Source: Octopus bimaculoides (lineage: Eukaryota). Taken from it: 64,000 bases of DNA. The position numbers were made by a program, and so were the translations under genes. The notes below the pieces were generated by a model that was given only the letters and a program-made list of their open reading frames with translations, made no database searches and was not told where the DNA came from. The stretch's first letter is position 1. Every line of letters begins with the position of its first letter. Positions 50,340 to 64,000 of the stretch are shown here, piece by piece. The stretch covers positions 483,147 through 547,146 of the forward strand of contig NC_068989.1 in the NCBI RefSeq assembly GCF_001194135.2. Reading direction: 5' to 3'.

Positions 50340-51361
50340 CTGTAAAGAAAAGATCATATGAATCTCTGACATTTCTATTTAAATGGCGCCATAATCAGCA
50401 TCAATTTCCTGATTGCAATATAGAACAGAACTTTAATCAAAAATATAAACGGTGTGTTATCCACTGAAGATGATTCTCGAGGGAATATCAAAACTAAGAG
50501 CTAAAATCATTTCATAAAACAAGGGAACCTGAAGAGAAAATTTCCATTAAATATTGAGATTGGTCTAATTTACAATTTCTTGAGCTAAAAGCAGCTGGGT
50601 TTCATAAATGATTTAAATACCCAAAGTTATCAATAAACCATTGAGGGGGATCCACTTGTTTAGCCTATTTTGTATCTGATAAAATTTATTATAATTCTGT
50701 TTTTGTCAGTGGATAAGTGTAGTTAAAGAAACAGAAAGAAATAGTTGAGTAAATGATTCCATTGTTGCCCTAAGGAGGAGGAGGAGGAAGAGGTAGAACT
50801 TTCTTCTGCCTGAAATACTACGAGAGAGAGAGAGAGAAGTGAAACTAATATATATTTCAATTGACAACAGAATGTCTGTCAATTCTGATATATTTATTGT
50901 GGTTTTTATCAATATCAACAATATCAAAATGGTGTTATGACATCATTGACCTTAAAAAATGACAAACACTAATTCCACCCAAATTATACGTTTGTGGTGG
51001 TTCTCATCCTTTTGTCTCTCGTGTATCATTCATTCCATAAATCTCCGACCATTTTTGCTACTGCAATGGAAAGCTTCCGTAATTACAAAATGCAACTTCA
51101 CCCTATTTCTTTCACCTATTGGGCAGCTTTTAAGTTAGCTCCTGTGGAGGGCTCTTCATCGGGCCTTGAGCCCAACAATGACACTTTATGCATTGAGTAC
51201 ATATTAAATTATGTTAAACTTGACCAATATTTTTCAAGCAATGAACAATTTTCATAAAAACAATGATATAATTTGTCAACTTGGAACTTATTGCAAAGCT
51301 ATGTGATAAACATTTTTTGTCTTCCCATTTGGGTGTCAGTATAATTTTTTTTTTCTGTCTA

Positions 51362-51393
<32 letters not shown>

Positions 51394-52239
51394 GTTGATT
51401 GTTTTCAAGCATCACCATCACAAGTACCATACACACACCATTCAGACTTCTGATGTCACCACTATCAATACCTTTGACTTTGCCATTTTTTACATCTCTT
51501 ACTATCACCATCATCCCTGACCACCTTAACTACCACCACCACCATCACTGTTGTCTCCGTCTCTATGCCTACTGTTACTCTCAAGCCAGCAGGAGGAATA
51601 GAAGTGTTATTGAACAGTGAGAGGGGGGGGGGTCAAAGTGTGACACACTGACACACAAATTTGTTTTGGCATTCATTATCATACATTACTCACTGTAGGT
51701 CAACATTTAATTACAATCAATTTAAACTTTTAAATTCTCTCTCTTGTATTCCTTCACAAGAATTGTAATTAACAGTAAAGATTTTTCTTTCATAGGATTG
51801 AAAATTCCTTTTAGTTCACTCAGTATGTTAACTTGGCTATCCCTGTTTCAAGTACAAAAATTATGAGGCAGTTAATTTGGAAGTTGTGACATCAAGCCTT
51901 TTCTCAAAGAAAGGCCTTCACATAATGGGATAAAACGAAGAACTAAGAAACTGTGTCATACATCCACTTTATTGCGAATTTGTTCTTATAGTTAAAATCT
52001 TGTGATATTTGAGACAAGGCAATAAATTTGTGCATGGAAAAGAAAATGAGAAAATGACTCATATTTTGCTAAAGTATTAATAAAGTAAATGAAGAAACTC
52101 TGCCAAATCAGATTGGAGCCTGGTGTCGCCATCTGGTTTCACCAGTCCTCAGTCAAATCGTCCAACCCATGCTAGCATGAAAAGCAGACGTTAAATGACG
52201 ATGAGAATGATGATGAAGTGAAATGTTACAAAAATAGTG

Positions 52240-52385
52240 AAAAGAATTTGTGGAGGGAACATGTCGAAGGAGTAGATCCAGGAGGATGTGGGGCAAAGTG
52301 GTGAGAAAGGATTTTTAGATGTTGGGCCTCACAGAGGGGATGACAGGGGACTGAGACTCCTGGCAGTTTGCTGTTTAAAAATGTA
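52240..52385 (+). mobile_element. RTE-clade LINE 3' fragment, same family as 58890-59145
   Basis: VEGTCRRSRSRRMWGKVVRKDF*MLGLTEGMTGD; DNA similarity to 58985-59100 is visible by eye. Confidence 0.65.
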
Positions 52386-53149
52386 GAAAAGATGATGCCA
52401 TAAGAAATATGACCAGAGAGATATCAAAATTATCTCTTCTCTATCCATTTATTCTTCATTGAAGGGTTGAAGGGGGGAAATATCCAGGCACCTCCTCCAT
52501 AGGGTACGACCAGAAGCAACTGGCAGTACCAGCAGGATACCCAAGCATGACCACCTGTGATGATAAATATTAGTCAACCATCTTTTTCGCCTTCTCTAAA
52601 CCCTATGTCTCCTGCCAGTTCACTCAGTTTGAAGAACTTGTCTTGCTATTCTTTCCTGCAATATTCTGACCTCATCTCTGTAGTACCAGAGTTGTATCCT
52701 CTCAATATAGTGAAGTAGCAGCTTGACCAGGAGAGACTGCCTGGTCTTTGAGCTACACACCCTGTTGAACAATAATATGCTGGAGATCCTTTGATGGAAC
52801 CCGATTTTGGTTGATTGTCTTCACAATCCCACTCATTTGGTCATCATCCCTACTAATATTTTTAATTAAATCCAAAAGAGAAAATTTTGGAATCATAACA
52901 CATAAATTCTATATTTTTGAACTTAATTAAAATAGTACTTCTTATACAAACCAATATAATTGATATAAATGTTATATAGAAATATAACTGATATAAATGT
53001 TGGCCCTAAAATCAAAGATCCAAGATTGCTATTGAGCTTTGTTTTTGTCATTTTCTATAGTATTTTTAAGCATTTTTATTTTATTCATTGTTTTTATTTT
53101 CATCAGCCTCTGTAACAGTTTATGAAAATAAGAGTGTTTCTGGATGTGA

Positions 53150-53880
53150 TTTCAGAACAATCTTCTTTTGTAGCTGAACTGAGAATGAATGGTGATACTT
53201 TCTGTGTTCATCTCTCACCTCATCTTCTGCACTCACTTATTCCTGAAAGGGTCATGGGGGCAGGTGTCCACAAGTACATCTTCCATCAGATCCTTTCAAA
53301 GCAATTGTCTTTAATTAATCCAGCTGGATCCCCAAGAGAAACCAACCAAGCTCATGGATGTTATCCAACCAACTTGCTTGTAGTCTAAACCTGAATCTTC
53401 TGCTAGTTTGGCTTTTGTCCATAAAACCTGTCCAGTGATTCTTTCCTGAGACATTCTTACCACACGTCTGTAGCATCAGAGCCATGATCTCTCAATTCTG
53501 TGTTACAGTAAAAAAAAATTTTAATCAACTTAATCTGCTTCTTCAAGCTTCATCATGTCATTACAAAATTACAAAAATCCAGCTTTTTCATGTTTATCTA
53601 AAATTTCTTAACTCCAAATTAAGACTCTATTTAGAATGAAACACTTGACTCCAGAAGATCCTTTCTCCAAAACTTTCAACTTTCACATTACACCCATCTC
53701 TCTTTCTGATTCACACCAAATCTACTAAAGCAGAAGATAAAATTCTTGATGTTGGGACTAGGCCAATGAGTATTGCAAAGATTGTTTCTTTAAATGAACG
53801 ATGACCTATGACAGAGGCTTGAGCCATTTTCTCTTTCACCTAACATTCTTTCACAATGCTCACATTTTTCCTAATTAAGC
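53150..53880 (-). mobile_element. Degenerate RTE-type LINE ORF 3' region
   Basis: IERSWL*CYRRVVRMSQERITGQVLWTK resembles IE-x-S-x-LRW-x-GHVVRM-x-QER. Many stops. Confidence 0.45.
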
Positions 53881-54337
53881 ACAAATGCGCCATTTCATTT
53901 ATAATTGTAGTCTACTAAGAAGAGTTGCTACATTACTTAGAAAATTCTAATAAAATGAAAAAACTACAGTCCCTGATTGGATATAAACTAACTAAAATGA
54001 TATGTGAAAAGCACAAAATGTTATGTTAATGGTCCAATGATCTTCTTTGTCATCATCATAATCATCATCATCTTGTAGTAATAATTTATATCTGGAATGT
54101 TTGTTGTTTCCTGTGTAGATTACATTTAATACAAGTTCCTCTAAAACTACAGCTTTTCTACCAATATTGTTGCTGTGAACTGTAAAGGAAGCACAAATGG
54201 TAGAAAACCAAACTAGTATATTCTTTACCGTGTTTAGTTCAGCGCCTGTCACTTGACAGTTCAAAAACAGAGTCAGCTTTGTTTTTCAAACATACTAAGT
54301 CAATAAAATAGGTCTTACTGCTTTTAGAAAAAGGAAT

Positions 54338-54389
54338 ACATATTTCACTATACATATTTCACTATACATATTTCACTATACACATTTCA
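54338..54389. repeat. 14-bp tandem repeat (CATATTTCACTATA), about 3.5 copies
   Basis: Direct reading. Confidence 0.85.
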
Positions 54390-55359
54390 AATAAATTCCT
54401 ATTTATAATAAATACAGGCTTTTGATGTTGTTTCACTTCAACATCATATAGAATCCTTTTTTCCTTGTCTCTCAACATGAATTTAAAAAAAAAAAATTAA
54501 TATCATGTCTAATGTCATCACAGAGAGAACCTACCAACGACTTTGCTTTAAAGGCCTTACCTACAGCATACTTTTAGAATATATTCCTCTCTCCTATCAC
54601 CAATAATGCACCACTATGTGTAATACAGTTTGTAATGTATATTACAGTGTTCATTGTTTATGCTATACAGAATGAAATAGTTTCTGTATGAGATTTTTCA
54701 CAAACACTTGTTGAATCCAGCCATGTGTGTGAGTGTGTGTGTGCACACACACACACACATGCATGCATGCATGTATATGATGAAGCTGTCATGAATAGAG
54801 TTTAAAGTTTAAAGAATTGTCACTTTGGTCAAGATAATTGACAGACAGGAATCTGGTTCTGGCAGCTTCAATCCTGACTGCACTTAAACTCAGCAACCTT
54901 CCAGTAATTTTCTAAACAGCTTGGAATAATCCTTGAGTCTGACTATGAATGTTCAAATCTAGAAAGTGATAACTGATCTTTGTTAATGCCAGTCTCCCGG
55001 TACATCCAAGATCTGACAACTATTAAACGTAATACAATACATATTGGGGTTGAAAATTTTAGGCTATTCGGTGTAAGCTATAAAGCAAAACTAGACAGAT
55101 TATCGCAGACTTTCTCGACATGAAATTTAAAGTAAGAAGTCAAGACAGTGGCTGGCAGAATCAGTAGAGTTTCAAACAATATAACCACATGGAATGTAGA
55201 TTTGTTGCTTTGTTTTAAGTTCAAATCCCATTAGAGTTCACTTTGTCATTTATCACTTCAAAGTCAATAAAATAAGTAATTTGGTTGATTAACTCAAATT
55301 AACCATCTTTGAAATCTTTCAGCATTCTGCCTATGCTATTCATCCTCATCATCATCATC

Positions 55360-55409
<50 letters not shown>

Positions 55410-55410
<1 letters not shown>

Positions 55411-55640
55411 CCCAGTATACTCATCATGACGATCTGTTTGATAAAGGTGCACTAGGCACATGCATCACCACCATATGTGCGTGACATGGTGACCTCATTT
55501 CAAGATAAACAGGGCATGACCTTGCAGGTGGGGCCCAGTTAGAATCTTCTTCACGTCGAGCAGTCCATCAGGCTCAAAAGGTCCCTGATTAAAGGCTGTT
55601 TAGGGATGTTGAATGAAACACTTATGCTTCCATTCCTAGC
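55410..55640 (-). mobile_element. Dispersed repeat family D, 3' part
   Basis: See 29030-29465; abuts (AAT)n at about 55360-55410. Confidence 0.7.
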
Positions 55641-55774
55641 TTTAGGTAGAATGAAGAAATGAAAATGTATGGCTTTATAGTTTTGAAGTGTTGATATGCT
55701 AGGGGAAAATGGAATATCAGGTGTTGTTATGTGATAATAAAGGTTGTAATGTGATAATACAAGGTTGTAATGTC

Positions 55775-55900
55775 TGCCTCTCTTTCGTCTTCCCTCAACT
55801 GTGCCCTGAAGAATGGTTTGGGACAAGGAATTGTGACGAAATACATGACTGTACCAAGTGAGCTTTCATCTTTTTGTCCACTCAAGGAGTAGCTCCTGTC
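55775..55900 (-). mobile_element. RTE LINE C-terminal micro-fragment
   Basis: SQTILQGTVEGRRKRGR, the ILQG-x-VEG-x-R-x-RGR motif. Confidence 0.6.
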
Positions 55901-55946
55901 TACCAGTATATTTATTGACAAAGCTGTTCATTTTGTGTTCTGTGTC

Positions 55947-55986
55947 AGGGTTAGGGTTAGGGTTAGGGTTAGGGTTAGGGTTAGGG
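55947..55986 (+). repeat. Interstitial telomeric repeat (TTAGGG)6
   Basis: Six perfect units. Shorter runs at 48209-48228, 48564-48587 and 1311-1324 (CCCTAA). Confidence 0.95.
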
Positions 55987-57049
55987 GCCTTCTGGAGCAT
56001 TTCTGTTCAAATGCCTGAATTCTTTGTTCCATATCAGCGAAAAGGATTCAGCTCTCAAACCCACACAGAAGGATCAAAGACCATCAGGCACTCTTTGAGA
56101 ACTAACAGAGTTGCTGTTCCATGTGTTGTTGTTCAGTTTTGATTGGCAAAGAGAACAAGAAATTATGGAAATAGAACTGTGAACATAATTTTAAAATTCT
56201 TTATCATTAATGAATAAATTGTGATGTGAGAATGAATAAACTGCTGTGTCCAACATTTTTTCAGTTCGTTTTACTGAAAACTTATACACAGCATTTTATT
56301 CTAGTCTAGTGGAAGAGTTGGTGCACAGACATCCTGCTTTATTCTTCCACTCTGCATTGATTTGTGCATCCATATGCTACCATACAGAAATCCTTGTGTG
56401 TGATTTGTATATTCTAAGATGAGAAAAGTTGTAGGATATCTTAGAAGCTAGAAGAGAATGAAGAAGTAATGAATTAATTAGAATAGAAAAAGATAGAATG
56501 AATTACCAAAAAAAAAAAACCAGCTGTGAATTAAAAGCATCAAATGTTGTTTGCAAGAAAGATCACTGAACTGGTAAGAACATGCAGTAATAAAGGGTAA
56601 TAAAAAGAGAGTAAACCAATAAGGGTGGTAACCTGAGTAGAACTAGGCCAAGAGCCAAGGGACCTCAAACGAGCAGAAAAAAAAAGGACACAAAAAAAAA
56701 AAAGACAAAAGGTAGAGAACTAATCATGCAGACCCACCCATGTCAGCAAAGAAAACTGGAAATATATCATATTTTTTAATGAATTCTAGCTTTGAACTGA
56801 CATTTTATCCTCAGTAGACTTTAAAGAGTGGTATTAAAAATTAGTTCTCAGCAAAACATAGTCAAGCTTATGTCCAGAAGAATCAGTAAACAGAATCCCT
56901 TGTCAGAAGACGAAATCTCAAATTCCAAATATATATCTTTTATGAAAATCAGGCTATTTTAAACTGTTTAAACATGTGTGGACTAAAAAACCTAAAATCA
57001 TACCATGAAAAGAATATTGCATGAAATATTTTAAACAAATAATTCCAAA

Positions 57050-57420
57050 AATAAAAAAGCAATTGTGTTCTTTATTTCAACAAAGCTTGAAATACTGTAA
57101 ACTTCTAAGAGGCTTCAGTGAAAGTAAAACAATACAAAAGCATTCTTATGAACAATTCTATAGAAATCTTTATATTTGGAAACATTTTCAGTTATTTCCA
57201 ATTACTGCAACTCTTATTCATTAAATTCTACTTTGGTGTTTTGTATCTTTCGGTCAAAAGAAACATTTCCCACACAAAGCCAGACATTTCTTGCAAAGTT
57301 GGTCAAACTACTTTCCTTGATGATACATTCACAAATAACTCTGACAAGTTCGTACTTTAAGTTGGGAAACTCATAAAGGTTGTTCCTATAATTTAACAAA
57401 TTCCCACTTGTGTGACTCAT
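57050..57420 (-). pseudogene. Possible decayed hAT C-terminal fragment
   Basis: LKMFPNIKISIELFIRMLL..TEAS*KF loosely resembles FPN+x+xLR++LT+P...ERSFS. Confidence 0.25.
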
Positions 57421-58889
57421 TATAATACATCATTATCTGTTTGGCTATAATTATAACATTTCACTCACATCTATGTTCTTCCTAGAATTTTTAAATCCTA
57501 AAAGCAACAAAAGTAACAACAATATGAGGACGAGTTAAAAATATTTCTAAGGTTCTGTGTGGAGGGTCTTTCTGCACACACTCAAAAGTAGGCTCCTACA
57601 TGCATACATACATACATGCAGAGATAGATACATACATTCATTCATACATACATACATATATACACAATGATAGATAGTAAGATGCATACATGCACAAATG
57701 TGTATATATAAATACATATGCACACACACACACACACATGTATATATATATATATTTTAAAATTGCTGTATACATAACATTATAAAGAAGTATAAAGTCC
57801 AATGAAAATGTCACCATCTGACTGGTACTTCTAACAAGAGCCTGTAGTTATCAGCACAGTTCTGGGGGGTTTTTTTGTTTTTTGTTTTGTTTTTTTGTTT
57901 TGTTTTGTTTTTTGTTTGTTTGTTTTTTTTTCTTCTTTTTTTACTGATATTTCCCCTCACTCTCATTTAAATATCTTCAAACTAATAGACCTTTATTTTC
58001 TTATTTGACAACATTGGTTTGCATGTAACATTAAAAGATGCTTTCCATCTCCCTCATGAAAGAATTTTATTCTTAACAAAGCCAGCAGTATAAAGTAGCT
58101 TTTCTTAAATTGTATCTCTCCACCACATGGCCGGATAGGCCGAGGCATCGGTGTGAGGTAAGAAGTTTGCTTCCTAACCACATGGTTCTGGTTTCTTTCA
58201 GGTTCCATCTACCAAATCCACTCACAAATCATTGCTCAGCCTGAGGCTATAGTAGAAGATGCCATGAAGTGGGATTGAACCTGGGACCATGAGGTTGTTC
58301 GCCATTACCACTTGATGACTGGTGTTAGTTTGTTCATGTCCCCAGTAACATAGCAGTTCAGTAAAAGAGATCAACAGAATAAGTACCAGGCTTATCTGGC
58401 CCACCTTGGAAAGAGTTTGGTGACCTCTGCCCTAAGTGATTGATTATTGATTCAAGTAGTGACAACACATGGCTTGAGAGTTGTCTTTGGTCTTGATGAT
58501 GGCAAAGCAAACTCTATAGAGTTGATAGCATGAAAAAATGCAGCCAGTACATCCTGTAACCATGGAAACCATGCCAAAAATGAGGCCTTGGAGAAAAATG
58601 AGGTCCTCCAGCCTGTTGAACCCTGTTAAACAATCCAACCCCTAGCAGTATGGCATCATGATGATGATGATGAATGTGTTGTGTGTGTGTGTAAATGTTG
58701 TTGATATACTTATGGTTGTCATTGGCTGATGTTGACATTCTTTGTTGACTTTGCTTACAAAGACCTCAAGAATAAAAACAATCCCTTCCTCACTTGAACA
58801 TAATTAAAGGTTGGTGACAGCAAGAGAATCAGTAAAAGCCTGCTTCAAATAATTCCTTCTCGAACCTCATGCATTTATCATAAGAGGCA

Positions 58890-59145
58890 TCAGGTGTAGT
58901 GTGCACGAGAGGGGGCTGAGCTGGTGGGGTCATGTGATGCATACGGATGAGGACAGCTGCTTAAAGAAGTGCCAATCTCTAATATTGTGGAGGGAACCTG
59001 TGGAAGGGGTAGACCCAGGAAGACATGGAACAAAGCAGTGAGAAAGGATCTCCAGACAGAAGAGATGACAAGGGGCTGAGACTTCTGATGGTTTTCTGTG
59101 CTTGAGAAGACATTCGAAGCTAAGTAAAACCATGGCTGTCCATAC
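58890..59145 (+). mobile_element. RTE-clade LINE 3' fragment
   Basis: IRCSVHERGLSWWGHVMHTDEDSCLKKCQSL-VEGTCGRGRPRKTWNKAVRKDL, i.e. the R-W-x-GHV-x-R and GRGRP-x-KTW motifs. Confidence 0.8.
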
Positions 59146-62100
59146 ATATACAGCTATGTCCTTTACATCTTTTCCTCAGTTGAGAGGTCCTTGCCTTGAG
59201 GGCTCATGGGTACTGGTGTCACATAAACTGTCACTTGTACCTACCTCCGTGTGTGTGCGGGGAGTTATTCTTATACATTTTGTTTACGTTGGTCCATTGG
59301 CTTGTATTTCTGGAACCTCAATGGTAAACACCTGCTTCTTCAGATGAAGTCAAACTAAGTGAAGAGGCACCTCTCCTCATTCAGAATGCTCTGTGTGTGT
59401 GTGCGTGTGCGTGTACATGTATGCACATATGTGTGTGCTTGTGTGTTTGGCATCTCCAGCCATAATAAGAGATGCTGGGGCAATTGTAGACTTTGATGAA
59501 GTATTTCATGTTAAGAGTTGAAAGGAGTTCTGATTTATACATGTAAAACTTGAGAGAAATAAAAAGATCCAAGAAGAAAGTTGACTAATTTAACTCGGTT
59601 AATTTATCCAGTTTGTTTAAAAAGAAATGATCTGAATTTAAAACTGCTGTTAGTTCTTGCTAACCACAAAAAACATGATTTATTTTCACTAGAACACAGA
59701 TGCTTTAACTTTTCATATCCAACATCCAACATCATTCTGTAAAAATCTACTATTTTTAGTTGCAACAGCACCAGATTTCACTTCCTGACAATATTAAAAT
59801 CTTCACTTCCATCTAAAGATGTCAATGAAACTAGGACAGATATTAGCATCAGTAATGTTTGACGCCATACTTTATATACAATATTATTGTTTATCTATAA
59901 GGCATAGATTGGTATACTTAGCCACTTCTCTATTACAGACAATATGCTGTGTAGTTTTATGATATTCTTCTCAAACAAAACTTTATAAACTTATTAATTA
60001 CTAGTAAATATCATCAATTTATAATAACTGCATTTGCTCTTATTCAAATATTTCCTTTCTTCAATACTTTTCACATCATTTCACATAACTATTTCTTTAA
60101 GAAAAGTGACATTTTAAGCAATGAATTCACTACTGAAAATAAAACCATAAGTTCTCTCGGGTGGTTTTGCAGAGCAAATTTCAGATAAAAAGAAAATGGA
60201 ATATTGTCCATTCATTAAACAATATGAAGGCAAATTCATTGCAATTACCTTGGAGAAGAAATTCTCTCTGATTAGCGTTGAAACACCTTCTTCACCATAA
60301 AAGAGAATTTTTCTCTGTAGTGAATTTGCCTTTCAATTTTGAAATATGTCACAAACAGTTTAACTAACCTAAAGTTAGATTGAAAACAAAGGACACTGTT
60401 TGTACGACTGTGATGTTTGTTTACAATTCACATGCAAGACAAAGAAACACATGTATACACCTACATACACACACACATATACATATATATGTATCCACAC
60501 ACACACACATACATAGATGCATGCATGGAGAGAGATTACAGCTACTAGAAATTTCCCTAGACAGAAGTGTGATGCAAAGCTGGGCTTTAGAAGACTGAGA
60601 TGTGGGGAATGCATTTTGAAGTAGAATGGGTTACAAGCATAAAATTAATAACAGAATGCTTTCAAGACATTATTTTTGCTGCAGTGGACAAGTCCTCTGC
60701 AGAACAGGGACTTTTCAGTCGTCGTGTCTTTGTCACCCCCTTTGTTCAGCGGTTCAGCGCTTCGAGATCATCATTCATTACTTTGTCCCACATTTTCCTG
60801 GATCTTTCTCTCTCTTCCACAACTTCCATTCACATTAAGCAACTGGCACTATTTTATGCAGCTGCACTTATCCATATGCATCACAGCACCAAACCAGCTC
60901 AATTGTCTCTCTTGCATCTGATTCCTCTTATACCTAATTCTTTTCTCAACAACATTTGCACTTTTGCACACTGACATTGCACTCTCTCTCTCTCTCTTGT
61001 GAATGATTGGTAAGTAGGTAGTAGTAAATCTGAAGGGAAATAGTTTTATGAGTACAAAGAATTGATGGTTTAAGCAGGAGCAGCCGAGGGAGGAGAAGGA
61101 GGAGATGAAGAAGGAAGAGAAGTAGGAGTAAGGAAAGAAGAGGAAGGAGAAAGAAAAGAAAAATACAAGAGTGGTGTGACACAATATAATGTTCTTGGAA
61201 TCTTCTTTGATGGTCAGTATATATATATATAAAACCATTATCACTATCAACATCTCTTTTCCATGCTGGCATGGGTTGGACAGTTTGACAGGAGCTGGCA
61301 AGGCCAGGTTCCATATTGTGTTTTGGCATAGTTTCTCCAGCTGGATGCCCTTCCTAACATGCCAACCACTTTACAGAGCATGCCAAGTGCTTTTTATGCG
61401 TGGTACCAGCACTGAGAGGATCACCAAGTACCTTGCAAGACAAGAAGCCCTCAAGTGGGAGCAGGGAGTAGTAGTGAGTGGGCGTGGCTTTGTTTCATTT
61501 GACAGATTTAAGGTATAGGGTGGAGACAGAGGTGTCCTGCACAAGATGTATATATGGTGCAAGCATGGGCATATGGTAAAGAAGTTTGCTTCCCATTGAG
61601 AAAAAGAAGGAATTGTACGTCTCCCAAACTTTGTATCTGCAGTCAAGAAAGCTAGAAAATACATTGACAAAACTCATTGCCATGTTGCTACAAAATTCTA
61701 GATAATATGCTGTTTTTGGAATGTAGTGATTGAGTCTATCTTTTTGAAAGGAAGTCATTTAAAGAGCTGATTCTAACGAGTTCATTATGCAGCGGCTCTC
61801 CTATAATTTAGTTGAAAAATGCTGAGTTTTCAACATCCCTTCTAATCTGTTAAGGGTTAAATAACCAAATTATAGAGCTGAAGAATAATTGAAGACCAAT
61901 GTTTAAAAGGTGGAATGATTACAATTTACACAGGCAAAGAGAAAATAATCTCTGTAAAGAGTATATTTTGATGTAAACTTATGTATTAAAGACCAATTAG
62001 AATCTAACAAAAGTTTCTCAAGTAGAAAAGCTACTAACTTGTTCAGCTATCACTGATGAATGTCCTTTTATTGTCAACAGCTGTCATCCATTGGTTACAA

Positions 62101-64000
62101 ATTGAGGATAGTATTGTATGTCACACTTAATAAATTACTCTGTCTGTAAAAGCAGTTCATTGAAGTAAAATGCCAAGGTATACACAGGGAGGTCTGCAGA
62201 CAATTCTAATTTGCTGTTTTATTTGGAAGCAGCAAAAATGTATTCACAATACAATGAAGACAGAACAAGAACAACAGGTACAGACATAGAATGGTCATCA
62301 GCTTTACATTTGCTTTACATTTGCCCAAACCTGTATCAACTTCCATTTAGCATGATACCAATATACCCTTTACTTGTACAAAATTCCTTTTACATCTCAT
62401 TTACTTTAAAAACTATAAAAATTTAAACATTTCTATAAACTATAAGAGGAACATTTTTTAGAGCAGAATACACTACTTGTGTAACCTTGAAGGTTAAAAC
62501 ACCTCTATCTACCCTTTTAACCATAGCAGTTTGTGTAAGAAATATACTGATTTTAGTTTTTAATTCCAGAATCTATTGCAAATATACACATATTGTGAAA
62601 TTTTATAAAAACATTCATAGTAATGTTTAAAAATAAATTTTTAAATTCATTTATATTATACAAGTGTTTTATGAATTAATGCAAACTTTCAATTGTTGAT
62701 TCTGTTCAAAAATAACCTTAGTTTCTACTTGTATCTTTTGAAGGTTACACAACCCATTGAAAAACAGAATAAAGAATATAGAAGTCCCACTCAGTAATGA
62801 TGCATGTGCAGACTTAGCAGTTTCACTCCACTTCAACAGACACCATTCGGTTTTGCTTCCCATCATATTGTCTCTTATCTGTGGAGGCTGCAGATAGGTT
62901 GGCAATCTCAAACATATTGGCTGGTGTGACTGATCACCAGGTTGTTTTACAAGTACTAGGCATTATTACAAATTTCTTTATTTGTCCAGCTGAGTTCTTA
63001 ATTGGAGATAATTGCTTTATAAGTATTCAATATCACTGTTTAATACTTACTTGTTGCTCTTGCAGCTAAAGACGACCGGCAAAATACAATTTTTCTAAAG
63101 TGGGTTTCTTTTCGAACTCATCCATCTTTCATTTACCAAATGAGGAGGAGAGCAAACCAATGTAGAGCAAACCAATGCAGAGCAAACACTGTTAGGTGGT
63201 GGGAAAGACTTTAGTGTGTAATTCCCTGTTTTCCCATGTGAGACAAACAAAGCAGTGAGTCGAGAAACTGTTTTCTTCTCTCACTTTCTGACATATGTCT
63301 CATTACCAAACAACAAAACACGTATCAATGCCCGTATGGGTTGTCCACTGCTCTCTTGGTACGGATGCCAAGTTTCATAATCTTCCAGGAATGTGTACTA
63401 AGCTGACTAAGGTTAAATAATAACTGAATCAACAAAAAGAAAGACAAAATTATGTGCTTTCTGAGCAAATGATTTTTGACATCAAACAGAGAGAATATTG
63501 CTGTTAACATTGCCTATACTTTGTAATTAATTGTCTATGATAATGAATGGTGAATTATTTTGTATCGTGGCCCTGCATATTTGTCAACTTCAGGATGATA
63601 GTCAATCTAAAGTTTGCAGGCTACGGGTGTGCAACTGTAGTGTCTACAGCATCATTAGCAACTGATATATCTCAGATCTCAAACACACACACACACACAC
63701 AGAGCCTAATGTTGGCATTCAGTCCTTTGAAATTGTATCTTTCTTTCCATGTGTGCAGGTAGAGTCCATCCTTCAGTTGAAGTTTTAAAAAGAATGCTTT
63801 AGAAACGTGAAGATTCCGAAAAAAAAGGTGATGCTAAGATTCAGACCAAAGATGTCCAAAGGGTTCACTATTGCAGTGAATTGTAGTATTTGTACATCCT
63901 CTTGAAAGAAGGATGTCATTTTGCGATATATGGGGATGTGACAAAATCTTGAAGGAAATTTGGGAGGGGCTATCATGCATGTTAATTAAGGCAAGTACAT

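Noticed and set aside
52095-52385. Idea that family-A SINEs share their 3' end with the adjacent RTE LINE
   Set aside because: Plausible from general SINE/LINE biology, but no RTE fragment in this window extends far enough to show a shared tail.
59740-59880. Signal-peptide-like MLISVLVSLTSLDG and overlapping LILSGSEIWCCCN (LRRCT-like)
   Set aside because: Both frames hit stop codons without a credible donor.
60250-60315. 66-nt phase-0/0 candidate exon RKILFYGEEGVSTLIRENFFSK with a strong donor
   Set aside because: The acceptor is weak and the LRR resemblance is too loose.
62669-63069. Two overlapping 60-80 aa ORFs
   Set aside because: No motifs, no consistent splice sites, and stops in the extended frames; at most an unidentifiable transposon relic.

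Overview
AT-rich, microsatellite-dense animal genomic DNA with seven N-gaps. The SINE and LINE repertoire looks like a coleoid cephalopod, probably Octopus; this is an inference from recognising the repeats, not a database result. The only host gene I can support is a multi-exon polycystin-1-like (PKD1-like) gene on the minus strand. I reconstructed seven exons by hand with GT-AG sites and compatible phases: 50069-50195, 47047-47142, 44267-44457, 28444-28590, 14817-15115, 2398-3646 and 513-591. Together they give about 2.19 kb of CDS (about 729 aa) encoding an 8-Cys WSC domain followed by about seven PKD (Ig-like) repeats rich in N-glycosylation sequons. The gene is incomplete at both ends and probably lacks one internal exon. 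The introns hold at least four dispersed SINE-like families, relics of RTE, R4/Dong and CR1/L2 LINEs, Tc1 and hAT transposase pseudogenes, a gypsy gag fragment, a probable non-autonomous Helitron, minisatellites and short interstitial TTAGGG runs. Most ORF-track entries are microsatellite, gap or repeat artefacts. There are no rRNA, bona fide tRNA or CRISPR loci. I found no convincing wholly new biological system. The best leads are the gene architecture, a TIR-less Tc1 fragment embedded in a SINE, and Dong fragments sitting in the (ATT)n tail of a SINE.
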